From positions 64,001 through 128,000 of IMG/VR virus record IMGVR_UViG_3300038673_000220: a stretch of 64,000 nt of DNA. The stretch is one strand, 5' to 3'. Shown piece by piece: positions 57,149 through 64,000 of this stretch (its first letter is position 1; the number at the start of each line of letters is the position of its first letter). This stretch comes from a virus (taxonomy: Duplodnaviria > Caudoviricetes). The notes beneath the pieces were generated by a model. It was not told where the DNA came from. It was given only the letters and a program-made list of their open reading frames with translations, and made no database searches. A program made the position numbers and the translations under genes.

Positions 57149-58921
57149 ATGGCTGACGAAAAAGAATACGTTGAAGCAAAAGAGAATAGATTCATCTCAA
57201 GGGTTTCAATGGGTGATTCGTTTGAAACAAACGAAGCTATCATACGACATACATTAGATGATACATTAACAAAAGCTGCAGCTGCTGAAATCATTGCAGC
57301 ATTGCCAAGTTACTCAGTTAAAGCTAAGAAACGTGATACTCAAGTCGGTGGTAATGAGGCAATCAACTGTTACTACCAATTCAATGAGAGTGATGATATC
57401 GTTCATACTATTAATAAAGTTGGTATGACTGATGATGCTGGTATGGGTCGTGTTTATAATGAAACATTTGATCAACAGCAACAAATCCTCTATATGACTT
57501 TCGGTGTTCCTGATTTTACAAATGCGGCTAATTTTGTAAGCACCTTATATGACCAAAACTTAGCTACATTGATGAATACAGGTGACGCTAGTGTTTTAAA
57601 TAAGGTTGGTCAATTCATAGGATACGCTATCGGAACAGCATTGACGATACCCATAACCGGACCAATCAAGATCGTATCGAAGATCTTAGCTGAGCCGTCT
57701 CCATCTAAGTATTACGACATCTTACCAACGATGCCTTTGTATTATAAAACAGTTAATGTCATATTAGCTCATCTAGCATCAAATATGAATCTCATCCCTG
57801 GAGAAGATGGTGGAAGTACTGAAGGTGTTCCAAACATTCTCAAGACTCATGGATTAGATATACTAACGATACTGTCTCGTAAATATTTTTATGATCAGAT
57901 AGCTGAATCATCTGCTCCAACTACTGATGAACTAATGAAAACGCTTTCTGGTGATAAAGATTATGAGAAAAATATTTGGGAAAAAGGTAAGGATGGTATT
58001 TCGGCAGCTGTTACAGAAGCTTTATTGCATGTGGGTTTCCGGGTTGAGAAATCGTCAGATAGTTCTGAATCAGCTTCAAATGCTACAAAAGAACCTGAGA
58101 TACTAAGTAAGTTAAATGCTGAAGTTTCTGCTGGTAGAGAACGTACATTTAATCTCGGTGCAATTCGTGAAACTGGAGCTGGCCAAGTGCTTGATAGTCT
58201 TTATCAATCATTGATGGGATTTGCTCAAGGTATGGCTGAATCTATAAATGTTCATGGTGGAGCTGAGATACTAAAAGGTTCGGGTTTCGTCGATATGCCT
58301 GAAATTTATGCATCAAGTTCTTTCAGTAAGAGTTATTCATTTAACTTCCAGTTGAGAACTCCTTACGGTGATCCATATTCGATTTTTTATTCATTGTATA
58401 TCCCATTAGCTATGCTCTTAGCAGCAGCCTTTCCAAGATCCGTTGGTCAAAATACCTATACTTCACCATTCCTTGTACGAGCTTACTGTCAAGGTATGTT
58501 CGCTATTCCGATGGGTATCATTGATAGTATCCATATCCAACGCGGTGCTGCTGAATACGGTTGGAATGACGATATGCTCCCAACTCAGATCGATGTTTCC
58601 TTTACGATCAAAGATCTTTCGCCTATTATGCATATTGCTATCGCTGATGGTGGTGTCAAAGATTGGATGGGTATCCTCGGTGAGAATTCATCTTTTCAGG
58701 AATACATGTTAACATTAGGTGGAGCTAATGTTGCTCAGCGTATCCTTAAACTTCAACAGATCAAGAATCGTACGAAAGCGTTGTTGAAGATTTTATCAAA
58801 TAACAAGCTCAACCCGATGATGATGGGATTTTCAATAATGAATACGAAGGTTGGACGAATGATAACGAAACTTAATCCTGTGAGTCGTGTTCCAGGTGCA
58901 GTTACTAATCCTGAAGGTTGA
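57149..58921 (+). CDS. tail/baseplate protein (phiKZ gp182-like)
   Basis: GGNEAIN...QF...DI, GMGRVY.E, LRTPYG and YTSPF motifs; follows the gp181-like gene. Confidence 0.75.
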   Translation: MADEKEYVEAKENRFISRVSMGDSFETNEAIIRHTLDDTLTKAAAAEIIAALPSYSVKAKKRDTQVGGNEAINCYYQFNESDDIVHTINKVGMTDDAGMGRVYNETFDQQQQILYMTFGVPDFTNAANFVSTLYDQNLATLMNTGDASVLNKVGQFIGYAIGTALTIPITGPIKIVSKILAEPSPSKYYDILPTMPLYYKTVNVILAHLASNMNLIPGEDGGSTEGVPNILKTHGLDILTILSRKYFYDQIAESSAPTTDELMKTLSGDKDYEKNIWEKGKDGISAAVTEALLHVGFRVEKSSDSSESASNATKEPEILSKLNAEVSAGRERTFNLGAIRETGAGQVLDSLYQSLMGFAQGMAESINVHGGAEILKGSGFVDMPEIYASSSFSKSYSFNFQLRTPYGDPYSIFYSLYIPLAMLLAAAFPRSVGQNTYTSPFLVRAYCQGMFAIPMGIIDSIHIQRGAAEYGWNDDMLPTQIDVSFTIKDLSPIMHIAIADGGVKDWMGILGENSSFQEYMLTLGGANVAQRILKLQQIKNRTKALLKILSNNKLNPMMMGFSIMNTKVGRMITKLNPVSRVPGAVTNPEG

Positions 58922-58932
58922 TTGGAGAAGCC

Positions 58933-61900
58933 ATGAATGAAATAAGCTTAGAGTATCTTATTAGTGATTTTTCGATCTTTGAAAAAGCTAACATGATACG
59001 TAGGGTATCTGATATACACAATAAAGAAGTTAATGCTCAGGATCTTGTATTACCTAAGAATCCAATGCTTCACATCTTGGATAATTTTGACCACAGTCAT
59101 CAAAGTACAGATGATTTTGATATCAACAAATATCCGTTTTTAAATAACCGGACAAACATCAAATACTTGCATAACTTTATCCAGTTTGATGATATCGATA
59201 AATCCTTTTTGGACAAATTCGGACATCGTCTATATCGTTCTAAACTTGTTGAAAACGTAAGAGCTTTCAGTTTATCTCATCGGAAAGAACTGATCCCACT
59301 AATAAAACTTGACACTGTTGTCAGTAATAAGAACTGTGTCTTGGTTGAAAACTATAATCCAATTTACAGGATCATTGCGACAAATCAACGTCCTATCAAT
59401 CAATATTACAGGTATCAAGCTATTTTTTCAACAGTGCTTCAGAATACGTTGAAATACGATCGACAGCATTTCTTGGTTATACCTGTTGATGACGATTTGA
59501 ATATCAAACGATCTAACATCGTAGCTTTAGCTCAAGCTGAAGAAATGTCACCTCAGCGACTTGTTAACACGAGCCATTTCTATTTCTTCATGTTAGACTT
59601 AGCTATTCTTTTATTGAATAATGAGTCAAAGCTTACGACTTTCAGCACATTAGCTTTAAGAGATATCAGTAGGCTTAATATCATTTTGATAAAGAATGGT
59701 AAATGTATCATATTCAATATCGGCAAACTAGCCTCATTGATAACAAGTAATACCTATGTTTTTGATTTCATCAAGACAATAATGAGATTTTCTTCAACTA
59801 GCCAAGAGATCGTAATTGATGATACAGACGAATCAGAAATCGATGAAACTCCAGTTGTTCAATCAATCATACCTCAATTGAAAAAGAGTTTCGATGTAGG
59901 GAAACCGTCGATCATCAAAACACTTATAGAGAAAGAGGTTGTTACTGAAACTGAAATAGATAGTTTTGAAGAAGAGCCTGTCCAAAAGGAAGCTCGATCT
60001 AAAAATTATCTTTTACCTAAAACATTGGACACGAAGATTATCTCTTCGATTCCTTTTTCAGATAAGCAAAAAACTCGTATAGAAACATTAGCTGATAAAT
60101 ACAAGTCCATCAAAGTAAAAACTGAATCAGGTGAGCGAACTATTGAAGAAATACTCAATGAGAGCGTTGATATAAACATTCAATCAGAACAGTTGAATGT
60201 TTCTCATAATGGTGAAGTTTCTGAAGATATGCTCGCTTCATCAACTATAGTCTTTGATAACAAATACCGTAATCAACTTCTTCATAAAGATATCTTGAAT
60301 AACGTTGTCTGTTTTCAGGAGAACGGTTTATTCTTAACGAAGTATGATGAGAAAAATGAATACAATGAATTCACTCGAGTCAAGCATGTTAAAGTTGGAT
60401 TTACAGATATCAGAGGAAAGCAACATACGATAAGCTTCAAATTACCGATGCCTGATGATGAAGGTTATTTCCTTGTTAATGGTGTTCGGTTGAGTATGTC
60501 GAAGCAATTAGTGAATGTTCCTATATGTAAGATATCTCCAACTCGAGTTTCTCTTATCTCCAACTACAACAAGACGCTCGTTGATAAAGTACAATCTGTA
60601 CGATATTCAATAGATGCTTTTTTAGCTAAGAAAGCTGATAAACTTGGAATAACACTTGTTCCAAAACTTAATACCTATGTTGGTATCAACCTTCCATACG
60701 AATATAAGCTTTTCGGTAAATCATATGCGAAGATCCTAACTGATACATACACCTTTTATTTTGAGTACGAGAACCGATTCAAATTCTTCAATAACGAAGC
60801 TCTTAAAGAAGCTGAAAATGAATACGGAGTGGTTGTCGGAAAACTCAATGAGGGTAATAATCAGTATGTGTTTATGAATAAGCTGGGTATACTATCAGGG
60901 GTCGACTTAAACAGCTTTAATCAACTAAAAATTCCTAAGCACATCGTGGATTGTTTTGGCGATTTTCAAGTTCCACCAGAATGGTGCGATCTTAAGATCT
61001 TGGATAAAAACATACCGATCGGATTCATCCTGAGTTATAGATACGGACTCTCAAAAGTATTAACGAATCTGAAGATCCAACACACCTTCATATCAAAAGC
61101 TTCTGGTGAAAAACCTCAACCTTCTAATACGGATATCGTTATGCAGTTTGCTGATGGATGGTTAGTCATCAATCGGTATCCATTGATTCATAGTTACATC
61201 ATTTCTGGATTATCATCATTTTCAACACTTTCGAATTATCAATTCATCGATCTTGATGGTAAAGATGCTTATTATGGTTTGATATCCGAAAAAGGTATGA
61301 GTATGAACTACCTTAAAGGTATCGATAACTATTTTAGTTTCTTTATTGATCCTATTACGAAAGATGTTCTTCAAGAGATGGGTGAACCAACCAACACGAG
61401 AGATCTTTTGATCAGATCTGTTGAACTCCTGATCAATGAGAATGATAAAGCTCCAAGTTCCATAACGAACTTCAGATTACGATCGTCCGAAAAGATCCCA
61501 TCGATGATCTATAATGAAATAGCTCGTCAATATGCTAACTATGTGAATAGTGAATTTAAGGATGTAAGTTTCAGTATCAATACTGAAGCTATCTTTCAGA
61601 GATTGATTCAAGATGAAACTATGAATCTTCGAGAGGATATCAATCCTATTCATTCTATCAAAGAAAATAGTCGAGTAACTCACGCTGGATTTGGTGGTCG
61701 ATCTTCACAAGCTTTCGTATCACGAGATCGAAAATACGCTCAAGATGCTATCGGTATCATATCAGAAGCTACAACGGATAGTGGAAGCGTTGGTATGGTA
61801 GCATCACTGTCTGGTAATCCAAGTATCAAAAACGTTCGAGGTATGTTCGATACAAACTCTGACTTGAATACAACTAATATATTAAGCGATGTTGGATTGT

Positions 61901-63412
61901 TGATGCCAAGCTCTTTGCACGATGATCAAAATAAGGTCCTACTAATCAGTAATGATTAGATAGTATTCTCTCTAACTGCTGGAACCTACTTAGAGCTGTC
62001 TCACTACAACGTGATCTGAAAAGATGAGCGTGAATGTCTGAAAACGAGACGGATTGGGGAACCGTGGATTCTAAGAATCCATTTAGCAGCGAAGATCCTA
62101 AGGCTATATAGCTATGGATAACGTTCAACGACTAACCTCTTATCAAGGTGTAGAGTTCGAGTGAACTCGAAATGGGAGACTACCTCGAATGAGGTAGAAG
62201 ATATAGTCTACTCTTTAGGGAAAACCTAAAGCTGCATTCAAATGCGGGTATCGATTAACGACCGATACTGAATATAAAAGGCCAAAAAGAGCGAATTTTA
62301 CCAACATCCAACTATCCCATCATGTACCAACTAAGAATCTCAAACCTTCTCGATTAAGAACTGGATATGAGATGGTTATTCCTTACAAAACGACTGATTT
62401 CTTCATAGCTAAAGCTAAACAGAATGGTGAGGTTGTTGGTATTGATGAAAAGCTCAAACTCATCAAAGTTCAATACAAAGATGGATCAACTGATGTATTT
62501 GAATATGGTGAAATACCTGGAGAATCTTCAGGTTCATTAGTTAATCATCATATTTCAGTTCATCCTAATGTCAAGATCGGAGCTAAGTTTAAGAAAGGTA
62601 ACATCATTACGTATCATGAAGATTTCTTTCAATTAGATCCGATAACGAATCAAATCTCTTGGTGTCATGGTATTCCAACAACCATGGCTGTTATGTCTAA
62701 GGACATTACTCTCGAAGATAGTAGTATGATATCAGCCGATCTTGCTAAAAAGCTTGATCTTGAAGTTATCAATTCTCGTGTCATTCAAGTCACGACAGAC
62801 ATGATCGTTGAAGATTTTTCTGATGTTGGAACCACTGTTAAATTCAACGACCCTTTAATCAAACTGAAATATGAAGATACTGCTGAAATCATCGGTGATG
62901 TTGATGAGCTCTTTTTAGATCTTCGTCAAGTTGAGTATCGAAGTAAGAATGAAGGTGAAGTTGTTGGTATTCAGATTTACTATGTAGCTGATAGCTTAAA
63001 TCAATCCTTAACGAAATTCGCTAATAAGATAACCTTTAATAAAAGAGCGAAGGCTCGATTAACAAAGGGTACACTTAAAGAAGAGCAATTCACTCCAGTG
63101 AATATCGTTCCAGAAGGAACTCGTGTCAAAGGTGTTCAATTATCAGCATCTGATGTACTGATCATTTTCCATATCAAATCTAATATAGGTTGTGGTATCG
63201 GCGACAAGATCGTTACAGGAAATATGCTGAAATCAGTTGTTGGTAAGATCGAACATAATCCAATGACTACTGAAGATGGTGAACCTATCGATATTGTTTT
63301 TGGTAGTATTAGTATCAATGACCGTATCGTTTTGAGTGTTTACATCAATGGTATCAGTGATCGTATTATTCAAAAAGCTGAAGAAGACATTGTTAATATG
63401 TACTTCGGATAA
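58933..63412 (+). CDS. virion RNAP beta subunit (phiKZ gp178-like), spliced: join(58933..61926,62282..63412)
   Basis: PICKISPTRVSLISNYNK, GFGGRS and SEATTDSG motifs; splicing restores HDD|PKRANFTNIQLSH (compare bacterial HDDANRALM); exon 2 has RLRTGYE, TLEDSS and GDK....LKSV. Confidence 0.92.
61927..62281 (+). mobile_element. group I intron (IA-like, no homing endonuclease), 355 nt
   Basis: exon GAU pairs with IGS GUC (U.G wobble); AACTGCTGGAA, GTTCAACGACTA and AAGATATAGTCT core elements; terminal G; in-frame exon junction. Confidence 0.93.
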
Positions 63413-63416
63413 AGAA

Positions 63417-63456
63417 AAAGATCTCATCGGAGCTTCAATGCTCCGATGAGATCTTT
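63417..63456. terminator. bidirectional terminator
   Basis: aaagatctcatcggagc/gctccgatgagatcttt between convergent genes. Confidence 0.88.
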
Positions 63457-63477
63457 AAGTTCATAATCAAAAATCGA

Positions 63478-64000
63478 TTATTTGTAAGCAATTTTGTAAG
63501 CTTTAACTAACTGCAAAAAGTTGATGATAAGTTCACGCACTGGCGTAATAGATCTATAAATCAAATACTGATAAACTCTAAAGATCATACGAGCTTGTCT
63601 AAGAGCATATCGTTTAGCAGAACGACTCTCAGTATTAGCTTCACTAAGGAATTCTCCTTGACTGCTAATAACCCTGATAAACTTTGAACTATGATCCATC
63701 ATGATTTTATTCGAGTTGTAAATCAATGAATACATAGCAACGATTTTCAACAGTTTGTTTCCAACTTCGGTGAGATCTCCGGATTTCCATCCGAGTTTTC
63801 CAACTTCACCACGTTGGGTTACGAGGAATCGTTTGTCAGACTTAATTTTTGAAAGTTCACCATCTGTATCAAAAATCATCTTCATACCAAGAAATCCTTG
63901 AACGTCAGATGAAATCAGTTTTTCAAAATCAGATTTAGCTTTCTTTGTTAAAGCTTTCAGTTGATCAGGTGTTACATCTTTATCAGAAACAAGCGCTTCA
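63478..64000 (-). CDS. hypothetical protein, 5' end beyond the window
   Basis: the frame stays open upstream of the listed ATG to the window edge (EALVSDKDVTPDQLK...). Confidence 0.7.
   Translation of the reverse strand, partial: EALVSDKDVTPDQLKALTKKAKSDFEKLISSDVQGFLGMKMIFDTDGELSKIKSDKRFLVTQRGEVGKLGWKSGDLTEVGNKLLKIVAMYSLIYNSNKIMMDHSSKFIRVISSQGEFLSEANTESRSAKRYALRQARMIFRVYQYLIYRSITPVRELIINFLQLVKAYKIAYK

Noticed and set aside
1-64000. Stop-codon reassignment or tRNA genes
   Set aside because: Long genes are intact in the standard code and end in TAA, TGA or TAG; the two RNAP breaks are explained by introns; no tRNA cloverleaf was recognised by eye (tRNAscan not run)

Overview
This window is an AT-rich segment of a nucleus-forming, phiKZ-like jumbo phage (Chimalliviridae-type) genome; all orthology calls come from recognised motifs and gene order, not from database searches. 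It contains a compact chimallin (nuclear shell) gene next to non-virion RNA polymerase subunits (gp55-, gp68-, gp71-73- and gp74-like) and two virion RNAP subunits (gp178- and gp180-like). It also carries the SbcD/ChmC/PicA-type core block, an NAD-dependent DNA ligase, an SF2 helicase with a mini-intein, a DHH phosphoesterase, baseplate/tail genes, two paralogous beta-propeller fibre genes, a 2455-aa tail protein with two muralytic domains, and a holin-like gene. Two closely related ORF-less group I introns interrupt conserved motifs, one in each RNAP system (15073-15541 and 61927-62281). Features the ORF track does not explain include a ~500-nt densely structured, apparently non-coding transcription unit with its own early-type promoter and terminator (15790-16337), an 8x31-aa repeat protein with one hypervariable helical face, and a candidate -1 programmed frameshift (16506-16524). 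Others are a PxFG-repeat tail in the nuclear-import gene block, a stub homologous to the start of the repeat gene upstream of chimallin, and a kissing-loop candidate in the chimallin 3' UTR.
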